Positions 49,610 to 60,783 of a stretch of 64,000 nt of DNA are shown here, one piece after another. Origin of the DNA: Terriglobia bacterium (GTDB lineage Bacteria > Acidobacteriota > Terriglobia > 2-12-FULL-54-10); contig CAXVYR010000004.1 in NCBI GenBank assembly GCA_963666975.2, positions 544,001 through 608,000 of the forward strand, read 5' to 3'. The notes under the pieces were generated by a model. The model did no database searches, was not told the origin of the DNA, and saw nothing but the letters and a program-made list of their open reading frames with translations. The position numbers and the translations under genes were made by a program. How positions within the stretch are numbered: position 1 is the stretch's first letter; every line of letters starts with the position of its first letter.

Positions 49610-49951
49610 ATGATACGCAGCTTCCAAGGAATCACGCCCCAAATCGCTCCGACGGCTTACATCGACGATAGCGCGCAGATCATCGGCGATGTCGTCATCG
49701 GAGAGCATTCCAGCGTCTGGCCGCTGGCGGTCATCCGGGGCGACGATCACTACATCCGGATCGGCTCGGGGTCGATTGTGGCGGCAGGCGCCGTGGTGCC
49801 GGTGCTTCCCCCCGGCTCCTTGATTATGGGTTTGCCCGGCAAAGTCCGGCGGCAATTGAACGACGAGGACATGCAGCGCATTGACCGGAACGTCGCCAGC
49901 TACGACCGCCTGAAGAATCAGTACATGGCAGAAAGGAACGGCAGTTCCTGA
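49610..49951 (+). pseudogene. Gamma-carbonic-anhydrase family gene with in-frame internal deletion
   Basis: IIGDVVIG.HSSVW..AVIRGD..IRIG joined directly to SGSIVAAGAVV; the NIQD..H and IGH...HG segment is missing; 113 aa. Confidence 0.75.
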
Positions 49952-49999
49952 TGGGATGCGGCAACTGTTTGACCGCTCCGCATTCCTTGGGACACACAC

Positions 50000-51286
50000 A
50001 TGAACCGCGGACAGCCGATCCGGGCGATCAAGGGGATGCGCGACATCCTTCCGCCGGAATCCGCTCTGTGGGAGCACATTGAACAGGTGGCGCGCAGCGT
50101 GTTCCGGGCTTATGCGTATCAGGAGATTCGGACGCCGCTGGTGGAGGTGACAGACCTGTTTGCGCGGGGGGTCGGCCAGGAGACCGATATCGTTACCAAG
50201 GAGATGTACACCTTTGACGACCGGGACCGCCAGTCGCTGACCCTGCGGCCGGAGGCCACGGCCTCGGTGGTGCGAGCCTTTTTGGAACATCAGATGCACA
50301 CGCAGCCTGGGTTGAAGAAGTTCTACTACATGGGACCGATGTTCCGGCGGGAGCGGCCTCAGAAAGGACGTTACCGCCAGTTCTACCAGATTGGCGCTGA
50401 GGCAATCGGTTCGGAAAGCCCCAGGGTGGATGCCGAAATTCTGGAGATGCTGATCGCCTTGCTCTCTCGCCTGCGTCTGACGGGTTTTACGCTGCTGTTG
50501 AATTCCGTTGGCTGCCAGAAATGCCGCCCGCAGTACTTGGCCACTCTGCGGCAAGAACTGGAGAAGGTCCGCGACCGTCTATGCCCGGACTGCCAGCGTC
50601 GCAGCGAGACCAACCCGCTCCGGGTGCTCGATTGCAAGGTGCCGGCCGACCAGCCAGTCATCGACCGGTTGCCTGCTCTGTCCGGCTCGCTCTGCGCGGC
50701 TTGCCGGGAGCACTTTGACCAATTGCAGGGCTACCTGAAGGAACGTAACATTCCCTTTCAGTTGCAGCCGCGCATGGTGCGGGGACTGGATTACTATACC
50801 CGGACCACCTTTGAAATTACGCACGGGGCACTGGGAGCGCAGAATGCTCTGCTGGGAGGCGGACGCTATGACGGCCTCTCGGAAGCGCTGGGAGGCCCGC
50901 CGGCCCCCGGCATCGGTTTTTCGATTGGAGAAGACCGCTTTGCCCTTACCGTAGAGGCTGTGCCAAACGACCTTTCCCTCTACATTGCATGGATGGGGGA
51001 GAGCGCTTATCGCCACGCTGCCGAGCTGGCTCGCGAGCTTCGCGCCCGGAATGTGATGGTCGAGGTTGCGTCCGACTCGGTAAAACTTAAGAAGGCACTG
51101 GAACTGGCCTCTCGCCTGAAGGCGCGCTCCGTGCTGATTATTGGAGACAAGGAATTGGCCGAGGGCAGATATCCTCTGCGAGACATGGCCCGCGGGGAGC
51201 AGCGCATTGTCACCAAACCAGAGTTGCTCCAGCAATTCGCCGGCCCGGCGCCGCTTCCCTCATTTGCCGGCGCCAAACCAAGCTGA
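50000..51286 (+). CDS. hisS: Histidine--tRNA ligase
   Basis: LRPEATA, FRRERPQKGRYRQF, RGLDYY, GGRYDGL. Confidence 0.98.
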   Translation: MNRGQPIRAIKGMRDILPPESALWEHIEQVARSVFRAYAYQEIRTPLVEVTDLFARGVGQETDIVTKEMYTFDDRDRQSLTLRPEATASVVRAFLEHQMHTQPGLKKFYYMGPMFRRERPQKGRYRQFYQIGAEAIGSESPRVDAEILEMLIALLSRLRLTGFTLLLNSVGCQKCRPQYLATLRQELEKVRDRLCPDCQRRSETNPLRVLDCKVPADQPVIDRLPALSGSLCAACREHFDQLQGYLKERNIPFQLQPRMVRGLDYYTRTTFEITHGALGAQNALLGGGRYDGLSEALGGPPAPGIGFSIGEDRFALTVEAVPNDLSLYIAWMGESAYRHAAELARELRARNVMVEVASDSVKLKKALELASRLKARSVLIIGDKELAEGRYPLRDMARGEQRIVTKPELLQQFAGPAPLPSFAGAKPS

Positions 51287-51349
51287 GCATGACTGCTCTG
51301 CTTGCAATATTTTCTGCCACGAAGCGGTCAGTGTTATGGAGATGTCGGA

Positions 51350-53176
51350 ATGACAATTGATCCTTTGCCGCCCAATCTACAGCGCACGCACGGCTGCGGC
51401 GAACTCCGCCCGGCACACGCCAACTCCCGGGCGGTGGTGATGGGATGGGTGGCTCGCCGCCGCGATTTCGGGAGCCTGAATTTTATCGACCTGCGGGACC
51501 GCACCGGCCTGCTGCAGGTGGTGTTCAATGAGGAAAAATTCCCCAAGATACACCTGAAAGCCCAGGAACTGCGTTCGGAATGCGTAATCGCCGTTGAGGG
51601 AGAAATTGTGAAGCGCGACCCGGAAACTTTCAACCCGGCCCTGGCCACCGGCGAGGTGGAGATGGCAGCGAACCAGCTGTATATTCTGAACGACTCGCGC
51701 ACGCCGCCCTTTCCCATAGAGGACAACGTTCCTACGACGGAGGAGGTTCGGCTGCGCTACCGCTTTCTGGATCTTCGCAGGCCGCGCATGCAGGCCAACC
51801 TGCGATTGCGGCACAGCGTTACTTTTGAAATCCGCCAATTTCTGAGCGCGCAAGGATTTCTGGAAATGGAAACGCCCTTTCTGACGCGCTCCACTCCGGA
51901 AGGCGCACGCGATTACCTGGTGCCCAGCCGCGTTCAGCGCGGCAGCTTCTACGCCCTTCCGCAGTCTCCTCAGTTGTTCAAACAGCTCTTGATGGTTGGA
52001 GGTCTCGAAAAATATTTCCAGATTGTTCGCTGCTTCCGGGATGAGGACCTGCGGGCGGACCGCCAGCCGGAGTTCACGCAGGTGGACATCGAGATGTCGT
52101 TCGTTCATCCGGGGAATGTCATGGAAGTCACCGAGACGTTAATGGAGCGGGCCTGCGCGGCAGCCGGGGTCAAGATTCAACATCCCTTTCCGCGCCTTAC
52201 TTACGAGGAAGCCATTCGGCAATACGGAACCGACAAGCCTGATCTGCGGCTGCCGCCGCTTCATCCGGCCTGTCAACTATTCAGCGCGGAAGACCAGCAG
52301 TCGCTGGGAATCAACTCCAAAGCGCCCCTGGTCGCCTTTCGCGTGCCCGGCTGCGGGAACCTCTCCCGCAAGGAGCGGGACGGGTTGCGGGAATTTGCCG
52401 AAGAACGCGGCGTCAAACTATTCGATGATCTGGGACGTCTGGAAAGCAAACTTCCAGCTCCGGTAAAAGCCCTCCGCGAACAGACCGGCGCGGCGCCGGA
52501 GGACCTGGTTTTGCTGGTCGCGGCGGCAGCGGATTCCGAAGGCCGTTCCAATCCAGCGCCGCGAGGCAATCCTCCCTTCCAGCCTCTTGAGCTTGCCGTC
52601 TACAGCGCAGCCGGGGCGTTGCGGCTCCACGCCGGCCAGAAGTACGCCCAGAACCACGGACTGCTGCGGCCGGAGGATTATCGTTTTCTGTGGGTCACGG
52701 ATTTCCCCATGTTCGAATATGACGCGCAGGAAAAGCGGTTCACTGCCACGCATCATCCCTTCACTTCGCCCCATGAGGAATCGCTAGGGAAACTGGAGTC
52801 TGATCCATCCTCAGTCAAAGCCAGATCGTATGACCTGGTGCTCAACGGGCAGGAGATCGGCGGCGGTTCCATCCGCACCCACCGCCCGGATATTCAGCGC
52901 CGCGTTTTCCGGGCTCTGGGCTTTAGCGAAAAAGAGGCGCGCGCGCGCTTCGGCTTTTTCCTGAACGCGCTGGAGTATGGCACTCCTCCTCATGGAGGAA
53001 TCGCGCTCGGCTTGGACCGGATCGTTATGCTGCTGGCGAAAGAAAGTTCCATCCGGGAAGTGATTCCCTTCCCAAAAACGGCGCGGGCCGTAGATTTGAT
53101 GTGCGAGGCCCCGTCCCCTGTTTCTCCGGCCCAGCTGGACGAATTGGGGTTGGAGCAGAAAAAAGATTTGAGTTAA
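51350..53176 (+). CDS. aspS: Aspartate--tRNA ligase
   Basis: [51 protein letters not shown]. Confidence 0.98.
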   Translation: MTIDPLPPNLQRTHGCGELRPAHANSRAVVMGWVARRRDFGSLNFIDLRDRTGLLQVVFNEEKFPKIHLKAQELRSECVIAVEGEIVKRDPETFNPALATGEVEMAANQLYILNDSRTPPFPIEDNVPTTEEVRLRYRFLDLRRPRMQANLRLRHSVTFEIRQFLSAQGFLEMETPFLTRSTPEGARDYLVPSRVQRGSFYALPQSPQLFKQLLMVGGLEKYFQIVRCFRDEDLRADRQPEFTQVDIEMSFVHPGNVMEVTETLMERACAAAGVKIQHPFPRLTYEEAIRQYGTDKPDLRLPPLHPACQLFSAEDQQSLGINSKAPLVAFRVPGCGNLSRKERDGLREFAEERGVKLFDDLGRLESKLPAPVKALREQTGAAPEDLVLLVAAAADSEGRSNPAPRGNPPFQPLELAVYSAAGALRLHAGQKYAQNHGLLRPEDYRFLWVTDFPMFEYDAQEKRFTATHHPFTSPHEESLGKLESDPSSVKARSYDLVLNGQEIGGGSIRTHRPDIQRRVFRALGFSEKEARARFGFFLNALEYGTPPHGGIALGLDRIVMLLAKESSIREVIPFPKTARAVDLMCEAPSPVSPAQLDELGLEQKKDLS

Positions 53177-53180
53177 TCCA

Positions 53181-55103
53181 ATGGGTCGCATCCGGATTCT
53201 TCCTGAAACCGTCGCCAACAAAATTGCCGCCGGAGAGGTCGTGGAGCGGCCTGCTTCCGTGGTGAAGGAGTTGCTGGAAAACTCCCTCGACGCTGGAGCA
53301 TCGCATTTCCGGCTAGAGGTGGCAGCCGGCGGCAAGCAAAGGATCCACGTCGTGGACGACGGCTGCGGGATGGGGCGCGACGACGCGCTGCTGGCCTTCG
53401 AGCGTCACGCCACCAGCAAGCTGCGCAGCGCCGAGGATCTGCTCTCCATCGCCACCATGGGTTTTCGGGGAGAAGCATTGCCCTCGCTGGGCGCGGTCTC
53501 CCGGCTGACGCTGGAGACACGCAGCCAGCAGGAGCCCGCGGGCACGCGCCTGGAGATTGCGGGGGGCCGCCTGCTCAGCGTCCAAGATGCCGGGCTGCCC
53601 GCCGGCACCGCCATCACCGTCAGCGACCTTTTTTACAACATCCCTGCCCGCCGGAAGTTTCTCCGCTCGGAGGCGACGGAACTTTCCCACATCACCTCCG
53701 TGGTCACGCACTACTCCCTGGCCTATCCGGAAATCGCCTTCCAGTTGCGGACCCTTTCCGGCGAGCCCGTGAATGCTCCGGCGGTGGACAGCTTGCGGGA
53801 GCGGGTCTTTCAACTGTTCGGAGAAGAACTGCTGGAACGGTTGGTGCAGTTCGGCCCTAGTACGGCTGAAAGCTTCCTCCCCTCCCCGAACTCCGGGGAG
53901 GCGATAATCAAAAAACTGGAAAACAAGGAGCAGCCCTCCGATCTGCAGTCGATGCGGTTGTCCGGCTTTTTGTCGCGCCCGCAGGTCCAGAAGCTCAACC
54001 GGAACTCCATTTATACTTTTGTGAACCGGCGGCTGATCCGGGATCGCGTTCTGCTGCACGCCGTTCAGGAGGCCTATCACAACATCCTGCCTCGCCACTC
54101 GTTTCCTGTGGCGTTGCTGTTTTTAGAGATGCCCTACGAGGAAGTCGATGTAAATGTGCATCCCTCCAAAGTGGAGGTTCGGTTCCGGCATCAGGCGTTT
54201 GTTCACAATCTGGTTCGCGATGCGTTGCGCGAGTGCCTGACGGCTGCCAAGCCGGTCTCCACGTTCCCTGCCGGAGCCTCTCAGGCGCCCGAGCCTCCGA
54301 GTGGGCCGGTCCATTCGGAACCGGTTCGGGATGCAGCTGCTCCTGTTGCTGCGGCGGCGGGATTTCATCTCTCGCAACCGGAATTGCCGCCCCAAGCCCA
54401 GTCGTTTCGCTTCGAGCCAACGATTGCGGCGGAACCAAACATGGAAGGCTTGGCCGCAGCCGCTGTAGCCCCCATTCCGGAAAGCCCATCCGCCAACGCT
54501 CCACCGGCGGCCTCCGGCTCCGAGCTGGCGGAGCTTCGGCCCCTGGGCCAGATTCAGGAAAGTTTTATCGTAGCCGCCAGCTCCTCCGGGCTGTGGTTAA
54601 TCGATCAGCACGTAGCTCATGAGCGAGTCCTGTTTGAAAAATTTCTCTCCCAGCGGGAGAGCGGAACGGTGGAATGCCAAAGGCTCCTGATGCCCTATGT
54701 GTTGCGGCTCAATCCCGCCCAGAAGACGGTTTGGGACAGGATTCACCACGAACTGGAAGCTGCCGGGTTCGAGGTGGAGCCGTTTGGGCAAAATACGGTT
54801 GCGGTGAAAGCCGCTCCGGGCGGCGTGAAGGCCGACGACGTTGAAAAATTGCTTCTGGAGTTGGTAGAGTCTATCGAGGAAGAACGGCGCGCGTTTTCTC
54901 CCGAAGTAGTGCGGCACAAGATCGCGGCTTCGGTGGCATGCCATGCCGCCATTAAGGTCAATATGCCGCTCGATCAGCGTAAAATGGAGTGGCTGCTCTC
55001 GGAGCTTGCTTCCACGCAGTATCCGATGAGCTGTCCGCACGGGCGGCCCGTGGTGCTGAAATACGGGATGAGAGAAATCCTGAAAGCTTTCCACAGAATC
55101 TGA
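53181..55103 (+). CDS. mutL: DNA mismatch repair endonuclease MutL
   Basis: NKIAAGEVVERP, GFRGEAL, DQHVAHER, ACH, CPHGRP. Confidence 0.98.
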   Translation: MGRIRILPETVANKIAAGEVVERPASVVKELLENSLDAGASHFRLEVAAGGKQRIHVVDDGCGMGRDDALLAFERHATSKLRSAEDLLSIATMGFRGEALPSLGAVSRLTLETRSQQEPAGTRLEIAGGRLLSVQDAGLPAGTAITVSDLFYNIPARRKFLRSEATELSHITSVVTHYSLAYPEIAFQLRTLSGEPVNAPAVDSLRERVFQLFGEELLERLVQFGPSTAESFLPSPNSGEAIIKKLENKEQPSDLQSMRLSGFLSRPQVQKLNRNSIYTFVNRRLIRDRVLLHAVQEAYHNILPRHSFPVALLFLEMPYEEVDVNVHPSKVEVRFRHQAFVHNLVRDALRECLTAAKPVSTFPAGASQAPEPPSGPVHSEPVRDAAAPVAAAAGFHLSQPELPPQAQSFRFEPTIAAEPNMEGLAAAAVAPIPESPSANAPPAASGSELAELRPLGQIQESFIVAASSSGLWLIDQHVAHERVLFEKFLSQRESGTVECQRLLMPYVLRLNPAQKTVWDRIHHELEAAGFEVEPFGQNTVAVKAAPGGVKADDVEKLLLELVESIEEERRAFSPEVVRHKIAASVACHAAIKVNMPLDQRKMEWLLSELASTQYPMSCPHGRPVVLKYGMREILKAFHRI

Positions 55104-55140
55104 AGCGACCAGGCCGAATGCTTATAGGGAATACATTTTT

Positions 55141-55845
55141 TTGCCGAAACAATTGCTCATCGCCATTGACGGGCCGTCCGGCGCGGGAAAAAGCACGGTG
55201 GCGGCATTGCTAGCGGCCCGGCTCGGCTATACCGCCGTCGATTCGGGAGCCATGTACCGGGCGCTGGCGTTGCTGGCGCTGGAGGCGGGCATCGATCCCT
55301 CCGATGCCACAGCGCTCGAAAGGCTGGCCGCAAGCGCCGAAATGCGTTTTGAGAAAGGACCAAACGGAAGCCGTTTTCTGCTGAATGGCCGCGATGTTAC
55401 TGACGCCATCCGCTCCCCGGAGGTGACACGCGCCGCCTCCCAGGTTTCGGTCCATCCGCAAGTAAGAGAAAATCTGGTGGAGCGGCAGCGCGCGCTCGGG
55501 CGGCAGGGAGGCTTGGTCATGGAAGGGCGCGACATCGGCACGCAGGTCTTTCCCGAAGCGGACGTGAAGATATTCCTGGACGCCTCGCTGAATGTGCGCG
55601 GGGAGCGGCGCTTCCGAGAACGGCAAGCGCCGGGCGAGGGCACCTCCTGCGAAGTAATCCGGGAGATGGCCGAACGGGACCAGCGCGATCAGTTCCGGGA
55701 ACAATCGCCGCTGGTTCCCGCCGAGGATTCCGTGCGAATCGACTCGACTCAGCTTTCGGCTGAGGCAGTGGTAGCGAAAGTCCTGGAGTTGGTGCAAAGA
55801 AAAACGGCGGCGGCGGGTTCGTCCGGCAAGCAAACCCTTCACTAG
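55141..55845 (+). CDS. cmk: Cytidylate kinase
   Basis: IAIDGPSGAGKST, DSGAMYR, EGRDIGT. Confidence 0.97.
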   Translation: MPKQLLIAIDGPSGAGKSTVAALLAARLGYTAVDSGAMYRALALLALEAGIDPSDATALERLAASAEMRFEKGPNGSRFLLNGRDVTDAIRSPEVTRAASQVSVHPQVRENLVERQRALGRQGGLVMEGRDIGTQVFPEADVKIFLDASLNVRGERRFRERQAPGEGTSCEVIREMAERDQRDQFREQSPLVPAEDSVRIDSTQLSAEAVVAKVLELVQRKTAAAGSSGKQTLH

Positions 55846-55914
55846 GGAGAACACAGGGAAGAATCGCGAAGCAGCAAAGCATTTCTATCTAAATACAGAA
55901 AGGGAGTAAAAACA

Positions 55915-56049
55915 ATGGTCACAGCTTCTGCATCCGGTGACTGGAGCGCACGTCCTCTGGGCTCCGGTGCATTTATCATCTCCAAACCCAAACGCAATAA
56001 AGCAAAGAAGCGAGCGCATAAGATAAAAAACGTTCGACGAGCCCGGTAG
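55915..56049 (+). CDS. Small basic hypothetical protein (44 aa)
   Basis: AGGGAG RBS; MVTASASGDWSARPLGSGAFIISKPKRNKAKKRAHKIKNVRRAR; below the ORF-track cutoff. Confidence 0.4.
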   Translation: MVTASASGDWSARPLGSGAFIISKPKRNKAKKRAHKIKNVRRAR

Positions 56050-56097
56050 CAGCAGGGCATAACGAATCTAAGAAACCGGCCGGCAGCGCCGAATCCG

Positions 56098-56376
56098 GTG
56101 TGGAGTCTGGACTTTGTGTCGGATCAACTGGCGGACGGGCGACGGTTCCGTGCGCTCACGGTAATGGATGTGTACACGCGGGAGAGCTGGGCCATCGAGC
56201 CCGGGCAGAGTTTGAAGGGGGAAGATGTCGTGAGGGCGTTGCAGAGAATCCAAAGGGATCGGGGTGGGCCGAAGAGGCTATTATGCGACAATGGATCGGA
56301 GTTCTCGAGTCAGGTGCTGGACCTGTGGGCGTATCAGAATGGGGTGAAGATCGATTTCTCCCGGCCCGGCAAGCCG
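56098..56376 (+). pseudogene. IS3-family transposase OrfB fragment
   Basis: WSLDFVSDQLADGRRFR.LTV.D.YTRE, CDNGSEF, SRPGKP; truncated on both sides. Confidence 0.9.
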
Positions 56377-56703
56377 ATCCGTGAACGGCGTTGTTTGATC
56401 CCCGCGACAGGTTTTTATGATTGGAGAAAGTAACCAAGCGGGAAGACGCCCTATCACATCCGGCGCAAGGATTCCCAACTGTTCGCGTTTGCTGGCCTCT
56501 ACGATATTTGGAAAGGCCCGGATGGGAGGGAAGCTGAAACCTTTGCCATCGTCACTACCACACCAAATGATCTTCTAGCTGAAATCCACAACAGAATGCT
56601 TGTGATCCTTCAACCGGGGCAAGAGCGACCTTGGCTCGAAATCCAGGCGGCTGAAATTGACCAGTTCTTGGATGCACTTCACCCGTTTCCAGCCGAAGAG
56701 CTA
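56377..56703 (+). pseudogene. SOS-response-associated peptidase (SRAP/YedK) fragment
   Basis: RRCLIPATGFYDW, in-frame TAA at 56431, then FAFAGLY..W and IHNRM.VIL; N-terminal MCGR absent. Confidence 0.85.
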
Positions 56704-57452
56704 GACCATTTTTATAGATAGTGTCTAGCGATGTCTGGCGATACACTGCGAACAAGAATCGATGGCGAAGGCGTATTCGAACGATCTGCGGCGGAAGCTG
56801 CTGGAGGCGTACGATCGGGGGGGGGAGTCTTCGGGAAGTGGCGGAGCGGTTCGGGGTGAGTAGTCCGTATGCGTGGAAGATCCCGGCGCAGCGCAAGCCA
56901 ACGGGGCAGGTCGAGCGGGTGGAACAACGGCATGGGCCAGAGAGCAAAGTGACGGCTGGGGTGGAACAGCAGTTGAGGTTCTGGGTGCGGCAGCAACCCG
57001 AGTTGACGTTGGCGGAGTTACAGGAGCGACTCGGGGAAACGGTGCAGCTGCCGGTCAGCCTGGCACGGCTGTGGCAGGTGCTGCGGCTCAAAAAAAGTCG
57101 CTCCATGCCCAGGAACAGGAGACCCCGGAAAATCAACAGCGGCGCTATGGGCGGGCACCGTCTGGAGAGCGGGTACGGGAGGCGGCTCTCCGGCGGGGCA
57201 CTGGAGCACGCTCTGGTTGCTGGGAGCCCTGAGGAACCAAGGCCTGCTCGCCAGCATGACCATCGAGTCCCCGACCGACCGAGACGTTTTCCTGGCCTTT
57301 CGGGAGGAGGTCTTGTGTCCCCGCCTGCAGCCAGGGCAGATCGTGATCGCCGACAATCTGTCGGCCCACAAAGTGGACGGCGTTCGAGGGCGGATCGAAG
57401 CAGCCGGGGCTAGGTTGCTGTATCTGCCGCCTGACTCGCCCGACTTCCATCC
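56702..57452 (+). mobile_element. Degenerate IS630-family element
   Basis: Begins TAGACCATTTTTATAG; MAKAYSNDLRRKLL from 56762, frameshift in a G9 run (56817-56825), LKK slippery run, DNLSAHK, LYLPPDSPDFHP, cut before the catalytic Glu. Confidence 0.88.
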
Positions 57453-57603
57453 TGTGCCCCGTCAGGGCTTGTTGGACAGGTAGAGGGTAATAGTTAAGGT
57501 GATGTTTTTGGCTCATCGTAGAGACTGAAAGGAACGAAGATGAGACAAAAACATCACCTTAACTATTACCCTCTACCTGTCCAACAAGCCCTGACGGGGC
57601 ACA
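57453..57603. mobile_element. 151 bp palindrome made of two left ends of the IS at 29426-30952
   Basis: 58 bp perfect inverted arms (57453-57510 / 57546-57603); 57453-57553 is the exact reverse complement of 30852-30952. Confidence 0.9.
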
Positions 57604-57788
57604 CTCACACACCTTCATTATTATTAGTCGGCATTTATTTCCTAAAGTTGAGAGGAGGCTGGGTGGCAGCAAACCGGAAACCGGACCGCGTCCTCTGCCG
57701 ACAGCCAGCCGTTGGTTGACAATCCGATATTCGGTCGCTAGGATGAATACATTCTTTTCCAGGTTCGTCCGCAGGGGGGAGTGAGCGA

Positions 57789-59120
57789 TTGACCACCGCA
57801 TCGGAATTTTCTCATCTTCACACCACCTTTATGTCCATTGTTCAAAGGGAATTGGGGCATCCTGCGCCTTTTCCGGAGCAGGTGCAGGAGGTTCTGAACA
57901 AGGCCGATTCCGCCTCCTCTTCCCAACCCGCGAGCGAACCGGCGCAGCAATGGCTCGCTCTGCTGGACATGGCGGTCCAGCCACAACCGCTGCGCGGTTA
58001 CCTGAAAGAGCATGACGTCGGTGAGCCGGCCCTGCAGGCGATGATCCGGTTCCTGGTTGCCAAAAAAAATCATTCACAGGCCGACCGCGACAAGGTGGAC
58101 TGGCTGGTGACCCACCTGTTCAAAGTGCGCGAGGAACAGAGCAATAACCTCACCGGCTGGGTCAAGTCCGCGATGGAGGATATCCTGAAAGGAATCGCCT
58201 TCTCGCCTTTGAGCGCAAATGCCCAGGCGGCGATGGCGGAGATCCCCGCCCTGCTGGACGAGGTGCGCTACTTTGAAAGTTTCAGCCAGATCACCGATTC
58301 CCGCATCATCCAGCGGGGCCGGGAGTTGAAGAATCAGTTTGGAGAGGAATTTTTTCACCCGGATGTATTGACCCCGATTGTCAATTACAACCTCTTGTTC
58401 GGGAAAATCTTTCACGCGATGCTGCAAGAGACCATGCAGAAGGTCCACGGTTTGGCTCGCGGCCAGCCGGACAGCAACACCCCCGACCCCGACGAATTGC
58501 TCCGCAGCGATTACCGCTCTACAGCCGACGCCTTCCGCCAGTTGACGGAACTGGGCCGGGAGCAGGAGTCGAAGAAAACGGCGGCGAATGCACGGGCCGA
58601 CTCGGCTCAGACGGATTCCGGCAAGTCTGCCGTCGAATGGGAACGCCAGATGAAGAATCTGGGCGTGGATCCCGCCATCCAGGCCGCGCACCTCAGAAAC
58701 CGGATGCAAGAGCTTACCGTGCGGCTTCGGGCCAAGCAAACCATCACCGCCCTCCCGATGTTTGGGAAGCCGCTGGCCCTCTACGACTGGGAATCGAGCG
58801 CCTTCCGGACCGAATATGCGGAATCGGAGCAGACGTTCCGTGTGGAATTCGCGCGCAGCCTGTGCCACGCCATCAGCATCATCTCGCGAATTCAGGAGGA
58901 ACTGAACTCTTACCGCGAGAAGAAAAATACGGAATACCTGTGGAAGAAACACTACGACTCGCTGCTCTACCTGCTGTACGAAGGACGGCAGCACAAGGAT
59001 ACGTTGGCGCGGCTTTCCTCCATCAGCCAGCAGAAAGGATTGCTGGAAAAATCCAAGCAGTTGCTCTTGACCGCCGAAAAACTGGAAACCACTTTGTCCG
59101 AGGTGGCGGACATCTTTTAG
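57789..59120 (+). CDS. Hypothetical helical protein
   Basis: 443 aa ORF, GGGGAG upstream, host-like codon usage, directly upstream of guaB; no motif recognised. Confidence 0.8.
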   Translation: MTTASEFSHLHTTFMSIVQRELGHPAPFPEQVQEVLNKADSASSSQPASEPAQQWLALLDMAVQPQPLRGYLKEHDVGEPALQAMIRFLVAKKNHSQADRDKVDWLVTHLFKVREEQSNNLTGWVKSAMEDILKGIAFSPLSANAQAAMAEIPALLDEVRYFESFSQITDSRIIQRGRELKNQFGEEFFHPDVLTPIVNYNLLFGKIFHAMLQETMQKVHGLARGQPDSNTPDPDELLRSDYRSTADAFRQLTELGREQESKKTAANARADSAQTDSGKSAVEWERQMKNLGVDPAIQAAHLRNRMQELTVRLRAKQTITALPMFGKPLALYDWESSAFRTEYAESEQTFRVEFARSLCHAISIISRIQEELNSYREKKNTEYLWKKHYDSLLYLLYEGRQHKDTLARLSSISQQKGLLEKSKQLLLTAEKLETTLSEVADIF

Positions 59121-59193
59121 GAGTTTGAGAGTGAAATTGCCGCCGTCCTCCAGCCCGATTACTATGGACTCACTCAGCGGGAATGAACAGCCC

Positions 59194-60657
59194 ATGCGAA
59201 GCATATCTTTTTTGGAAGGTTTGACGTTCGACGATCTCCTTCTGCTTCCGGGCCGGTCAGAGGTCCTGCCGACTGACGTCGACACCTATACCTCACTGAC
59301 CCGCAACATCCAGCTTAAAATCCCGATCATAAGCGCGGCGATGGACACCGTGACCGAATCCCGCCTGGCCATCGCCATCGCCCAGCAAGGCGGCCTCGGC
59401 TTCATCCACCGGAATATGTCCATCGAACAGCAGGTTCTGGAAGTGGACAAAGTGAAGCGCAGCGAAAGCGGGATGATTGTGGACCCGGTGACCATGTCTC
59501 CTGAGAACAAAATTGCGGAAGCTCTGGACGTCATGCGCCGTTATAAGATTTCCGGGGTTCCCGTCACAAAGAACCGGAAATTGGTGGGCATCCTGACCAA
59601 TCGCGATCTCCGGTTTGAGACACGGCTTGAGTTGCCCATCGACAGGGTGATGACCCGGGACAAGCTGTTTACGGCCCCCGTCGGAACGACCCTGGAAGAA
59701 GCCGAGAGGATGTTGCAAAAGCACAGGGTGGAAAAGCTTCCCATAGTGGATCAGGAGAACAACCTTTGCGGATTGATCACCGTGAAGGATATTCAGAAAA
59801 AACGCCGCTACCCCTTTGCCGCCAAGGACGAAAAAGGCCGCCTGCGCGCAGGCGCGGCCCTCGGAGCAACCGGGGATTTCCTGGAGCGCGCGCAGGAACT
59901 GGCGCGAGCCAAGGTGGATGTTTTGGCGGTGGACACGGCGCACGCCCATTCCGTCCGCGTCCTGGAAGCCGTTCGGGTTTTGCGGAAAGCGCTTCCGCAA
60001 GTGGACTTGGTGGCCGGAAACGTAGCCACCTTCGAGGGCGCTTGCGAGCTGGTCCGCCTGGATGTGGACGCCATCAAAGTGGGGATCGGGCCCGGCTCCA
60101 TCTGCACCACGCGCGTGGTGACCGGCGCTGGAGTTCCGCAGATTACCGCTATTATCGAATGCCGCCGGGCTTTGCGGGACACCGGAGTTCCGCTGATTGC
60201 CGATGGCGGCATCAAATACTCCGGCGACGTTACGAAGGCGCTCGCCACCGGCGCCAGCACAGTGATGCTCGGCAATCTGCTTGCCGGGTGCGACGAAAGC
60301 CCGGGCGAATTCGTGTTGTACCAGGGACGCACGTTCAAGGCATACCGCGGCATGGGTTCTATGGGGGCGATGGAGTCAGGCGGATCGGACCGCTACAGCC
60401 AGGAACATCAGGCCCGTCCCGACAAACTGATTCCGGAGGGAATTGAAGGAAGAGTTCCCTACAAAGGACCTCTGGAGGCGATGGTGCTGCAATTGGTAGG
60501 AGGCTTGAAATCCGGAATGGGTTATTGCGGCGCCGCCAATCTGGAAGAATTGCAATCCAAGGCCCGCTTTGTTCGCGTCTCTTCTGCCGGCCTGCGCGAA
60601 GGACACGTGCATGACGTAATCATCACGAAGGAAGCCCCCAACTATCGCGTTGAATAA
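59194..60657 (+). CDS. guaB: IMP dehydrogenase
   Basis: [20 protein letters not shown] pair, [17 protein letters not shown]. Confidence 0.98.
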   Translation: MRSISFLEGLTFDDLLLLPGRSEVLPTDVDTYTSLTRNIQLKIPIISAAMDTVTESRLAIAIAQQGGLGFIHRNMSIEQQVLEVDKVKRSESGMIVDPVTMSPENKIAEALDVMRRYKISGVPVTKNRKLVGILTNRDLRFETRLELPIDRVMTRDKLFTAPVGTTLEEAERMLQKHRVEKLPIVDQENNLCGLITVKDIQKKRRYPFAAKDEKGRLRAGAALGATGDFLERAQELARAKVDVLAVDTAHAHSVRVLEAVRVLRKALPQVDLVAGNVATFEGACELVRLDVDAIKVGIGPGSICTTRVVTGAGVPQITAIIECRRALRDTGVPLIADGGIKYSGDVTKALATGASTVMLGNLLAGCDESPGEFVLYQGRTFKAYRGMGSMGAMESGGSDRYSQEHQARPDKLIPEGIEGRVPYKGPLEAMVLQLVGGLKSGMGYCGAANLEELQSKARFVRVSSAGLREGHVHDVIITKEAPNYRVE

Positions 60658-60783
60658 TCCCGCCAGACCTGCTGATACACTGAGGGTCTTCGCTCCTGCT
60701 GGGGAGAACTGCATCCAGAAGCAGCGAAATTCGGTGTTGAACCGTTGAACCGAGGGGAAGGGAGAGAGTCAGGCGGCCTACAA

